DNA of 26,709 bases from Polyangiaceae bacterium (GTDB lineage Bacteria > Myxococcota_A > Polyangia > Polyangiales > Polyangiaceae), in contig JBGANF010000111.1 in the NCBI GenBank assembly GCA_044222475.1, positions 1 through 26,709 of the forward strand, in the 5' to 3' direction. Positions 1-7,444 of the stretch are shown in pieces. Below the pieces are notes generated by a model. That model saw only the letters and a list, made by a program, of their open reading frames with translations, ran no database searches and was not told the origin of the DNA. Numbering within the stretch: the stretch's first letter is position 1; the number at the start of each line of letters is the position of its first letter. A program made the translations under genes and the position numbers.

Positions 1-263
1 AAGTCGCGGCCGATGCCGATCTTGTCTTCGTAGAGGGGCTCTCCCGGGAGCTCGTCATGAACGGGGGAGTGGCACCCGGTACACACGTACACGTGCCGCG
101 CGAGGTACTCGCCGCGCTTGATCGTGTCGGGGTCCGTCTTGGCGGTGAGCGTCTTCGCTGGCGCGCTCTTCGGGTTCAGGACGTAGAACTCCACCACCAC
201 TGCTGCCACCGCGAGGAGCAAAAACACCGCGAGCACCTGCCCCGCCCGTTTCAGAATCCGCAT
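1..263 (-). CDS. c-type cytochrome, N-terminal part (gene runs off the left edge of the window)
   Basis: Absent from the ORF track because there is no stop inside the window. Hand translation from the ATG (complement of 261-263) gives MRILKRAGQVLAVFLLLAVAAVVVEFYVLNPKSAPAKTLTAKTDPDTIKRGEYLARHVYVCTGCHSPVHDELPGEPLYEDKIGIGRDF. This shows an N-terminal membrane anchor followed by a CxxCH haem-c motif (CTGCH), with G/C-rich third codon positions. Confidence 0.6.
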   Translation of the reverse strand, partial: MRILKRAGQVLAVFLLLAVAAVVVEFYVLNPKSAPAKTLTAKTDPDTIKRGEYLARHVYVCTGCHSPVHDELPGEPLYEDKIGIGRD

Positions 264-313
264 GCGAGCCTCCCAGGATGCCGAACGTATCGGCGTCGCG
301 GTTCCAGCTCAAC

Positions 314-907
314 TCAGAAGAGTCCGAGTGCGGTCGCGTCCTTCGGGTCGACGCCGTGCTTGGCGAGGAGCGCTCGCATCTCGGCGCTGAGCTTGTCGAG
401 CGTGCTCTTTTTCGCTTCGTAGACGCGGAAGTAGGGCGAGCTGCTCTGGCGTTTGCCCTTCTGGACCCAGTCGTTCTCGGCGATGTCTGCTTCGTCACGG
501 GCGAGCGCCCACTTGTCGAGCAACTGGGCGTACGCCGGGTCGGCCTTCACCGCCGCCGTCTCTTTGGCGTACTTCCGTCGCACGCCGTCGTGCTGTCCGA
601 CCTTCGCTTCGTACGCGGCCTGGTACCCATCGACGCACGCCTGGAGCTTCTGGATCCGAGCCGCGCTCTCGGGATCGCTGCACTGCCCGTCGCCTCGAAC
701 CTGAGCGAACTCCTGCTTCACCGTACCGTAGAGCTCTGCCGTCGGCGGGGTGGTGCAGCGCCCGCGCGCGAACAGGTCGAGGCCGCTCTGGCAACGGCTT
801 GCCTGGTCGTCCGGCATGCGAGCGATTTCGGGCGTGCCGCAAGCGGCGGCCAGGATGGCGAGGGTGGCCCCAGCGAGGAGCACGTGGATCGATGACCGGG
901 GAGACAT
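314..907 (-). CDS. Hypothetical lipoprotein
   Basis: ORF 314..934 (-). The likely start is the internal ATG at 907 (MSPRSSIHVLLAGATLAILAAACGT). It has a signal peptide with lipobox LAAAC, a normal charged/helical composition and four further Cys. I recognise no family. Confidence 0.6.
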   Translation of the reverse strand: MSPRSSIHVLLAGATLAILAAACGTPEIARMPDDQASRCQSGLDLFARGRCTTPPTAELYGTVKQEFAQVRGDGQCSDPESAARIQKLQACVDGYQAAYEAKVGQHDGVRRKYAKETAAVKADPAYAQLLDKWALARDEADIAENDWVQKGKRQSSSPYFRVYEAKKSTLDKLSAEMRALLAKHGVDPKDATALGLF

Positions 908-1192
908 GGGTCGAGCATTCCTTTCGAGCTCCATGTCCGTCGGAGCTCGCCCACGTCTACGGGGTGCGCTCGCGGATCCCCTCTGTCCGCGCCGGCCATT
1001 CCGTTGACCCGGGCGGCCAGCGACGCTGACGAATCACTCGATCGTCCCGTGACGCTCCGCAGAGGAGAGAACAGGAAGGGCGGAAGGACGGAAGGATTGT
1101 TGGGGGAGCGTACCTGCTTGCGCCTGGCCACGCCGCTGGCGTGAACAGGGCGAGACGTTCCGTGCGACGACCGCGAGAACGGCGGGGCGCCG

Positions 1193-1822
1193 TCACTCGC
1201 CGGCGCTGAAGATCACTGGATACACGACCGTGACGATGCCGCCGCCTTCGGGAGCCGGGAACGAGAGCACAGAGAAGCCGCGGACCACGCAGGAGACCAC
1301 GGTCTTGTCGGGGAGCGTCGTAGACGGATCTTCGGACGCGGTCGACACGCTTCCGTCCGATGCGATGACGAACTTCACGGCGACCTTCCCCTGGAGCGTG
1401 GGGTCCGTCTTCAAGCCGTTCTCGTAGCAGAGGCGAAAGCGGCCGTAGTTCTGCCGCACGATGCGTTGGATCACCTCGGGCGGGAGCCTCCCGTTGACGG
1501 TGGTCGCACCCATCCGCACGGCGGGCGGCTTCGGCGACGTGGTCGCCTTCGGCGCGCTCGTGGCGGTCGCGGTCGCCGCTGCAGTGGCAGTCGATACCGC
1601 CGGCACGGTGAGCGTCGGCGTCGGAGTCACGCACCCGATGGGAGCCACCGCCACCGTCGGCGGAGTCGTCGCGACGGGAACGGCGGTCGCGGTCGCGACG
1701 ACCTGCGTGGCTGCGCGCTGACGAACGACGACGAACCCGGCGACGCCCACGCCGACCAAGAGAATGGCCCCGAGCCCTGCGATCAGGAAGAGGTACACGT
1801 CGTTCGATCGGTTGGCGCTCAC
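1193..1822 (-). CDS. Membrane-anchored protein with AgmX/PglI-type (TonB-C-like) C-terminal domain
   Basis: This is the C-terminal 210 codons of ORF 1193..2095 (-). The N-terminal 90 aa of that ORF are Arg/Pro-rich and antisense to the PhnD-like gene, so I start at GTG 1822 (VSANRSNDVYLFLIAGLGAILLVGVGVAGFVVV, a TM helix) with GGAG about 12 nt upstream. A T/A/P linker follows, then GRLPPEVIQRIVRQNYGRFRLCYENGL...GKVAVKFVI..DGSV...VVSCVVRGFSVLSFPAPEGGGIVTVVYPVIF. From memory this is the myxobacterial AgmX/PglI C-terminal domain pattern. Confidence 0.65.
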   Translation of the reverse strand: MSANRSNDVYLFLIAGLGAILLVGVGVAGFVVVRQRAATQVVATATAVPVATTPPTVAVAPIGCVTPTPTLTVPAVSTATAAATATATSAPKATTSPKPPAVRMGATTVNGRLPPEVIQRIVRQNYGRFRLCYENGLKTDPTLQGKVAVKFVIASDGSVSTASEDPSTTLPDKTVVSCVVRGFSVLSFPAPEGGGIVTVVYPVIFSAGE

Positions 1823-1870
1823 TCGGCGAGCGTACTCCAGGGGCGTCGGGAACGGTGGTAGACTCGGACC

Positions 1871-2701
1871 GTGCCGTCGAACTGGGGATTTGGAGTGGCC
1901 CGCGCCGCTGGGATTTTCGGGCCCGATCTGATCCTCGCCGAGCTCTGCCTTCGCGCGTCGAAGGCGTCGGGTGATCACGTGACGCCCCACGTGGCCTCGA
2001 ACTACCGCGAGCTCGCCGACGGACTCGCCCGAGGCTCGCTCGGTCTCGCGTGGTTGTCCCCCATCCTCGCGGTCGACGTCGAAGACCAAGGGCACGGCGC
2101 GGTGCTCGCGCTACCGGTGCGCAACGGCACCGCGAGCTATCACACCGCGTTCATCACTCGAAAAGGCGGCCCGCGAGCTCTCGCCGATTGCGTCGGCCGC
2201 TCGATCGCCTGGGTCGATCGCGACAGTGCGTCGGGCTACATGATCCCGCGCCTTCACCTCGCGTCGCTCGGGCTCGATCCGGCGAAGTCGTTCTCGCGCG
2301 AGACGTTTCACGGCACGCACTCGGCGGTCGTCGAAGCCGTTCTCTCGGGCCGGAGCGACGTCGGGGTCACGTTCGCCAACGTCGATCCCGGCACGAAGCA
2401 GATCCTCAACGCCGGGTGGACCGACCCGACCGGCCGGAGCGACCGGCCCGTGCACGTCATCGACACCGCCGGCCCGATCCCGAACGACGCGATCGTCGCG
2501 TCGACGAAGCTGCCAGCGGCGACGCGCGCGGCCCTGACGCGGTGGCTTCTGGAGATCGACTCGGTCGAGCGAGATCTCTTTCGTAGGCTGATCCGCGCCG
2601 ACGAGTTCAAGGTGATCCCGCCGTCGCACTTCGAGCCGCTGAAGCACATGGTGCGAGCCGCCCGCGCACGCGGCGTGGCGCTGTCGTCGCCCCCGGGCTG
2701 A
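1871..2701 (+). CDS. PhnD-family (phosphonate/phosphite-type) periplasmic-binding-fold protein without an obvious signal peptide
   Basis: ORF 1871..2701 (+), GTG start. Motifs typical of PhnD-like binding proteins are present: YRELADGLARGSLGLAWLSP, SASGYMIPRLHLASLGLDP, FHGTHSAVVEAVLSGRSDVGVTF. The exact start is uncertain. Confidence 0.7.
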   Translation: MPSNWGFGVARAAGIFGPDLILAELCLRASKASGDHVTPHVASNYRELADGLARGSLGLAWLSPILAVDVEDQGHGAVLALPVRNGTASYHTAFITRKGGPRALADCVGRSIAWVDRDSASGYMIPRLHLASLGLDPAKSFSRETFHGTHSAVVEAVLSGRSDVGVTFANVDPGTKQILNAGWTDPTGRSDRPVHVIDTAGPIPNDAIVASTKLPAATRAALTRWLLEIDSVERDLFRRLIRADEFKVIPPSHFEPLKHMVRAARARGVALSSPPG

Positions 2702-2708
2702 GCGGTCG

Positions 2709-4286
2709 TCACTTGAAGTCGTTCACCACTTCGCCGGCCGCGCGCAGCCCCGAGAGCGCTGCACCCTCCATGAAGCCCTGCCACTCGTAGAACGAGCTCG
2801 TCGTCTCGCCGGCGAAGTACAGGTTCCCGATCGGCTTCGCCTCGTTGTCGGCGATCGTCGTGAAGTAACCGGGTTGGTTGGCGGTGTAGCTACCCTTGGT
2901 CCAAGGGCTCGTCGGCCACGCCTCGAGGTGGGCGACGTAGCGCCCTTTCGAGTCCTTGCGCGCCGCTGCTTTCGCGCCGGGGTACACGAGATCGAGATCG
3001 TCGAGGAAGCGCGCGGTGTCGGCTTGAGCGTCGGAGAGCGACGCTCCGAGGACACCGCCGGTGTAGTCGGTGAGCACGCCGCGGGTCGCCGATGCGTTTG
3101 CCGCGTTCGTCTCCCACGTCGTCTGCAGGTGAGCGAGGTCGGAGTAAGCCGCACCCGACGAGCCCTGCGTGATCCACGGACGCGAGTTGAAACCGACCAT
3201 CAGCTTAGCGTTCGTCCCGTAGACCACGTTCTGAATCGCGGTCTGCTTCCACGCCGGCAGTCCGAGGCTCGAATCGAGCTCGACGTCGCGGAGGACGGTG
3301 AACGGCAGCGTGAGCACGACGGCGTCGTGGGTGACGACGGTCGTCTTCGTGCCTTCCTTGAAGGTGAGCTCCACGCGCCCGGCCGACGTCTTCGCGACGC
3401 GCACGAGGCGCCGTCCCAAGCGAATCTGGTTCGGCAACCGCGCGACGAGCGCGTCGACGATGCCTTGGTTCCCGCTGACGACGTGGTACCGCTCGTCGCT
3501 GAAGTTGCCCCACAGCCGCAACTTGCTCTGCCGCGAAGCCTTCGCGAAGAGCAGGAACGCGAGGCACGACAGCGCGTCCGTCTCGACGCCGTACTCGATG
3601 GCGTACGCCACGTTCAACAGCTTGGCGATGTTCGCTCCCGCGCCGCGGGTCTGGAGGTACTCGCGAAGGCTCATGCGATCGAGCGTCACTTCCGCGGGCG
3701 TGAACGCCGAGGCCGTCGGCGCGCCGATCGTGCGGAGGTCATCGCGCATCGAGTCGACGAGCGCGCGGTACTCGTCGACCATCGTCTGTTCCGAGATCGA
3801 CTGACCGCCGAAGCGGTAGGCGGTCGCGAGTCGCGGCTTGCTCACGTCTTCGACCGAGAGACCGAACTCGTTCACGTAGCCGAGCATCGTCTTGTGAGGC
3901 GTGTCGATCAGCTCGCCGCCGCGCTCCACGACCTGCTGGGCGAACGTGCCGCTCAGCGACCATACGCGCCCGCCCGCTCGGCCGTTGCCCTCGTGCAACG
4001 TGACGACGTTGCCTGCGCGCTTCATCTCGTAGGCGAAGGCGAGCCCGGCCATGCCGGCGCCGACGACGCCGATGTCGGCGTTGACCTTGATGAGGGGCAT
4101 GCGCGACCCGCTCGTGCTCTCGCCGACCGGCGAGCTGCAGCCGGGAAGCGACCCGATGGCGACGGCGCCGACCGCGGCGGCGCTGCGGGTCAGAAGCTCG
4201 CGGCGGGTGAGCCCCCCAGCGCGCTGCGGCGCTTCGCCGCCAACCAACAGGTCACGAACCCGACGAAACAAAGGTGTGCGTCCCAT
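2709..4286 (-). CDS. Flavin-containing amine oxidase (monoamine/L-amino-acid oxidase family), Tat-exported lipoprotein
   Basis: ORF 2709..4394 (-), with the start taken at ATG 4286 (MGRTPLF...). It has a twin-arginine motif TRRELLTRSAAAVGAVAIGSLPGCSS (Tat signal plus lipobox) and a dinucleotide-binding motif DIGVVGAGMAGLAFAYEMKRAGNVVTLHEGNGRAGGRVWS. The C-terminal NLYFAGETTS is typical of the amine oxidase fold. Confidence 0.85.
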   Translation of the reverse strand: MGRTPLFRRVRDLLVGGEAPQRAGGLTRRELLTRSAAAVGAVAIGSLPGCSSPVGESTSGSRMPLIKVNADIGVVGAGMAGLAFAYEMKRAGNVVTLHEGNGRAGGRVWSLSGTFAQQVVERGGELIDTPHKTMLGYVNEFGLSVEDVSKPRLATAYRFGGQSISEQTMVDEYRALVDSMRDDLRTIGAPTASAFTPAEVTLDRMSLREYLQTRGAGANIAKLLNVAYAIEYGVETDALSCLAFLLFAKASRQSKLRLWGNFSDERYHVVSGNQGIVDALVARLPNQIRLGRRLVRVAKTSAGRVELTFKEGTKTTVVTHDAVVLTLPFTVLRDVELDSSLGLPAWKQTAIQNVVYGTNAKLMVGFNSRPWITQGSSGAAYSDLAHLQTTWETNAANASATRGVLTDYTGGVLGASLSDAQADTARFLDDLDLVYPGAKAAARKDSKGRYVAHLEAWPTSPWTKGSYTANQPGYFTTIADNEAKPIGNLYFAGETTSSFYEWQGFMEGAALSGLRAAGEVVNDFK

Positions 4287-4300
4287 GGGGACGATGTAGG

Positions 4301-4316
4301 TGCAAGTGGTGTGCCG
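4301..4316 (-). promoter_or_regulatory. Sigma-54-like -24/-12 element (CGGCAC-N5-TTGCA) embedded in a palindrome, just upstream of the amine oxidase ATG
   Basis: The minus strand reads CACGGCACaccacTTGCAcctacatcgtccccATG. GG and GC have the canonical spacing. The predicted start site would lie only a few nt before ATG 4286. The site is part of inverted repeats (see findings), so an operator is an equally good reading. Confidence 0.3.
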
Positions 4317-4410
4317 TGGGCACTTGCTTGCAAGTGTCGGAAAAGATTCGGGGTCGGGCAGGGCACCGCGGCGGCTGGCTGGGCGGGGATCCACCCGCCA
4401 TGCACCACCT

Positions 4411-5892
4411 TCAGCGCGTCCAGTTGATCACGATGCGCTGGTCGCACGGCTTCGCGCTCTCGTCGGTGCGAAGGCCCGGGATCTTCATCGGATCGAGATC
4501 CAGCATCGCGAGCTCCTTCTTCACCTTCGAGGTGATGAGCTCGTCCAGCTTGCCGCTCGAGTACTGCTGCTGGGTGCCGCCGCAGCTCGCGATCGGATCG
4601 CCGCCACCGGTCGACTGCGGACCTGCGCCGCCGCGGAGGACGAACATCTCGGTGCCGCCGGTGAAGTGCGCCATCTGACGCCACACCGCTTGGCCGGTCG
4701 AGTCCATGCCCGACGCAGCGATCGTGAAGAGCTGGATCCCACGATGGGACGCAGTCTTCATGTCGGCCGCGTAATCGGGACCGTCCTGGTAGTCGAGGTG
4801 AGGAGGCGCATCGCCGACGACGAACGCCAAGCGCGCGACCGCGTCCTTGCTCCACTCGAGCTGCGTGAGCGCGACGTGCAGACCCGCGTTCATGTCCTCG
4901 GGCGTGTCGCCGCCGCCGCCCGCTTCGATCGCGGCGACCTTCTTCGAGAACGCGACGAGGTCCGCCGAGAGCGGGTAGACCTTCGTGTCGAACTGATCGC
5001 TGCGGTCTTTGTACTCGACGAGGCCGATGCGGATCGCGATCTGGCTTCCCTTCAGCGCGTCGGCGACCTTCTGGATGGTCGTCTTCACGCTGGCGATCTC
5101 TTCGCTCATCGATCCGGTCGTATCGAGCACGAACGCGAGGTCGACGCTCTTCTGCGCGGTGAGCGCGCGCGCCTTCTTGAGCTGGAGATCGACCGTGCCG
5201 TCGCCGTCGTCGTTGAGCGAGAACTTCGTCTCCACCTTGTCCTCGGCGCACGTCGCCGTCGCGGTGAAGTTTCGACCGGTCAGGTTCTCGGCGAACGGAA
5301 ACAGGATTGCGCGGCCCGACGCGGTCGTCACGAACGAGACCTCGTGCTGCGCTTCGTCGCGCACGCTCACCGGGCAGCGCGGGACGCCTTTGCCGTCGAC
5401 GTCGCGCACGACCAAGAAGCGGCGCGAGCGAACGTCGACCTTGTGCACCGTGCCCGGCACGGTGGCGAGGTACTTCTGGAACTCGCGGTAGTTCGCGTTG
5501 TCGTCCCACTCGCCGGCCTTGATCGACGATGCGGCCGCGTAGGCCGGCGCACCGGATGGGCCCATGAGCCCTTCGTCTCCGCGAATGGCCGCCTTCCCGT
5601 GGCCATCGGCCAAGGCGCCAACGCCGCCACCGCCGAAGCCGCCCGGGGCCATCGTGGTCGCCGTCGCCATGGGGGGCGCCGACGCGCGCGCCACGCCGCG
5701 CGCCTCCGAAGTGTCCTTCTCTTCGTCCGCGCCCTTCGGGTCGGCGTTCGACACTGCTGACGCCGCCGCGCCCACCTGTTCAGGCGCTCCGGGGTCGCTC
5801 GCTTTCGTGGCCGGTGCGCCGTGGCGCGAGCAGCCGGAGAAGGCCGCGAGAGAGGTCGAAACCAGGAACAACCCGAGGACGTTTCGGCGCAT
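4411..5892 (-). CDS. von Willebrand factor type A (vWA) domain lipoprotein
   Basis: ORF 4411..5919 (-), with the start taken at ATG 5892 (MRRNVLGLFLVSTSLAAFSGCS, signal plus lipobox). The vWA MIDAS motif is DLAFVLDTTGSMSEEI, followed by ...GGGDTPEDMNAGL...FVVGDAPPH. Confidence 0.8.
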   Translation of the reverse strand: MRRNVLGLFLVSTSLAAFSGCSRHGAPATKASDPGAPEQVGAAASAVSNADPKGADEEKDTSEARGVARASAPPMATATTMAPGGFGGGGVGALADGHGKAAIRGDEGLMGPSGAPAYAAASSIKAGEWDDNANYREFQKYLATVPGTVHKVDVRSRRFLVVRDVDGKGVPRCPVSVRDEAQHEVSFVTTASGRAILFPFAENLTGRNFTATATCAEDKVETKFSLNDDGDGTVDLQLKKARALTAQKSVDLAFVLDTTGSMSEEIASVKTTIQKVADALKGSQIAIRIGLVEYKDRSDQFDTKVYPLSADLVAFSKKVAAIEAGGGGDTPEDMNAGLHVALTQLEWSKDAVARLAFVVGDAPPHLDYQDGPDYAADMKTASHRGIQLFTIAASGMDSTGQAVWRQMAHFTGGTEMFVLRGGAGPQSTGGGDPIASCGGTQQQYSSGKLDELITSKVKKELAMLDLDPMKIPGLRTDESAKPCDQRIVINWTR

Positions 5893-5963
5893 GGGCGTTA
5901 CGACGCCTCGCGCCGACAAAAGTTCTCCGCTCTTCAGGGGTGCGGTACCTTTCTCTCCCCGTC

Positions 5964-6620
5964 ATGAATTGCCCCCATTGCGGTGCTCCGGCCAACGTCA
6001 CTCCTGGCGTCCCCACCTACGAGTGCCCTTTCTGCAAGCGGTCGTTCAACACGATGGCGGCCCAAGCGCCGCCCCCCGCGACTCCACCGCCGGGCTATCC
6101 GCCTTCGGCGCTGCCGCCGGGTTATCCGCAGCCGCAAGCGCCGCCTCCTCACATCGTCGTGATCGCTCCCGGCGGCTACGACGGTCCGTCTTCGGTTCGG
6201 CCGAGCAGCGGCGGCTTCGGTTGGATGATCCCGTTCGGCATCGTCGTGGTGATCGCGCTCGTGGTCGGTGGCCTCAAGTTCTGGTGGACCGGCACCTTCG
6301 ACGCGTTCGGTGGCTGGACCTGGGACGGCAAGGAGCCGCTCGAGTGCGCCGGCAACGACGAGGTCACGGTGAAGGGCGTCAACGTGAACCTCCCCGGCAC
6401 CGCGATCATCGCGAGCGGCAACTGCCACCTCAAGATCGTCGACTCGACGATCAAGGCCGACACCGTGGTCGAAGCCGGCGGCAACGCCGAGGTCACGTTC
6501 CAGAACGGCAGCGTCGACGGCAAGGTCGCCACCGACGCGTCGGGCAACTCGCGCGTTCGCTTCAACGGAACGAAGGTCACCGGCGAGAAGAAGCGCAGCG
6601 GAAACGCGAAGGTCGATTGA
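5964..6620 (+). CDS. Zinc-ribbon / proline-rich / single-TM protein with periodic GN-repeat (beta-helix-like) C-terminal domain
   Basis: Internal ATG 5964 of ORF 5814..6620 (+). The protein begins MNCPHCGAPANVTPGVPTYECPFCKRSF (CxxC...CxxC zinc ribbon), then PPPGYPPSALPPGYPQPQAPPP, then a TM helix WMIPFGIVVVIALVVGGL. About four and a half ~21-aa repeats follow, each starting with GN (GNDEVTV.., GNCHLKI.., GNAEVTF.., GNSRVRF.., GNAKV). Confidence 0.65.
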   Translation: MNCPHCGAPANVTPGVPTYECPFCKRSFNTMAAQAPPPATPPPGYPPSALPPGYPQPQAPPPHIVVIAPGGYDGPSSVRPSSGGFGWMIPFGIVVVIALVVGGLKFWWTGTFDAFGGWTWDGKEPLECAGNDEVTVKGVNVNLPGTAIIASGNCHLKIVDSTIKADTVVEAGGNAEVTFQNGSVDGKVATDASGNSRVRFNGTKVTGEKKRSGNAKVD

Positions 6621-7444
6621 TGTCGCTCCTCGAAGAGATCGACGAACGCATCGACCGCCTCGAAATCCCCTGGAGCCGGTACGGGGTCGACCCGTACGGC
6701 ATCTCGAAGAAGCACCTCAAGGTCGTCTTCGCGATGCTCGGCGCGGCCTACAAGGACTACTTCCGGGTGAAGAGCTACGGGATCGAGAACGTCCCGAAGC
6801 GTGGGCGTGGGATGCTCGTCGGCAACCACTCCGGCGGCGTCGCGATCGACGGGATGATGGTCATCGCGTCGATGTTCTTCGACATGAACCCGCCCCGGCT
6901 CGCCCAGGGCATGGTCGAGAAGTTCCTCAACCGCATCCCGATCGCGGCGCTCTGGTCGAGCCGCGTCGGGCAGTTCACCGGCCTCCCCGAGCACTGCATC
7001 CACTTCCTCAAGGACGAGCGCCTGCTCATGGTCTTCCCCGAGGGCGCTCGCGGCACGGCGAAGCTCTACTGGGAACGTACCAGTTTGGTACATTTCGGCA
7101 GCGGCTTCGTGCGGCTCGCCATGCAGACGAAGACCCCGATCGTGCCGTTCGCCTTCATCGGCGGCGGCGACGCGTTCCCCACGGTGTTCAACGCGAAGGC
7201 GCTCGGTCGCCTCGTCGGCGCGCCGTACCTCCCCATCACCGCGTACCTCTTGCCGGTTCCGCTGCCGGTTCCGCTCGCGGTGCACTACGGCGAGCCGATC
7301 ATCGTCGAGGGCACCGGCAACGAAGACGACACCACCATCGAGCACAAGGTCGAACAGGTGAAGGCCCGCATCGCGGAGCTGATCGAGCACGGCGAGCGAG
7401 TGCGCAGCGGCGAAGCCCCGCGCCTCGGAGAGGGTCGACGATGA
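6620..7444 (+). CDS. Lysophospholipid (1-acyl-sn-glycerol-3-phosphate type) acyltransferase family protein
   Basis: Internal ATG 6620 of ORF 5564..7444 (+); the upstream 350 aa of that ORF overlap two other genes and are Arg/Pro-rich. The start overlaps the previous stop (TGATG). Motifs are VGNHSGGVAIDG (H-x-D type acyltransferase block) and MVFPEGARGT (block III). Confidence 0.85.
   Translation: MSLLEEIDERIDRLEIPWSRYGVDPYGISKKHLKVVFAMLGAAYKDYFRVKSYGIENVPKRGRGMLVGNHSGGVAIDGMMVIASMFFDMNPPRLAQGMVEKFLNRIPIAALWSSRVGQFTGLPEHCIHFLKDERLLMVFPEGARGTAKLYWERTSLVHFGSGFVRLAMQTKTPIVPFAFIGGGDAFPTVFNAKALGRLVGAPYLPITAYLLPVPLPVPLAVHYGEPIIVEGTGNEDDTTIEHKVEQVKARIAELIEHGERVRSGEAPRLGEGRR

Noticed and set aside
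2874-5760. Very long ORFs antisense to, or out of frame with, the amine oxidase and vWA genes (2874..4427 +, 4190..5509 -, 4300..5760 +). Similar ones occur elsewhere (15084..16655 -, 18317..19933 +, 20231..21880 +, 23991..25535 +, 7285..8313 -, 8732..9826 -).
   Set aside because: The translations are dominated by Arg, Pro, Gly, Ala and Asp runs with no motifs. They fully overlap genes that have clear domain signatures. Stop-free alternative frames are expected at about 70% G+C.
5564-7444. A 626-aa ORF suggesting a much longer acyltransferase. Likewise, the 315-aa ORF 22113..23060 suggests a longer DHFR-family protein.
   Set aside because: The N-terminal extensions are Arg/Pro-rich, overlap the neighbouring genes in another frame, and precede clean internal ATG starts (6620 and 22664) that overlap the upstream stop codons.
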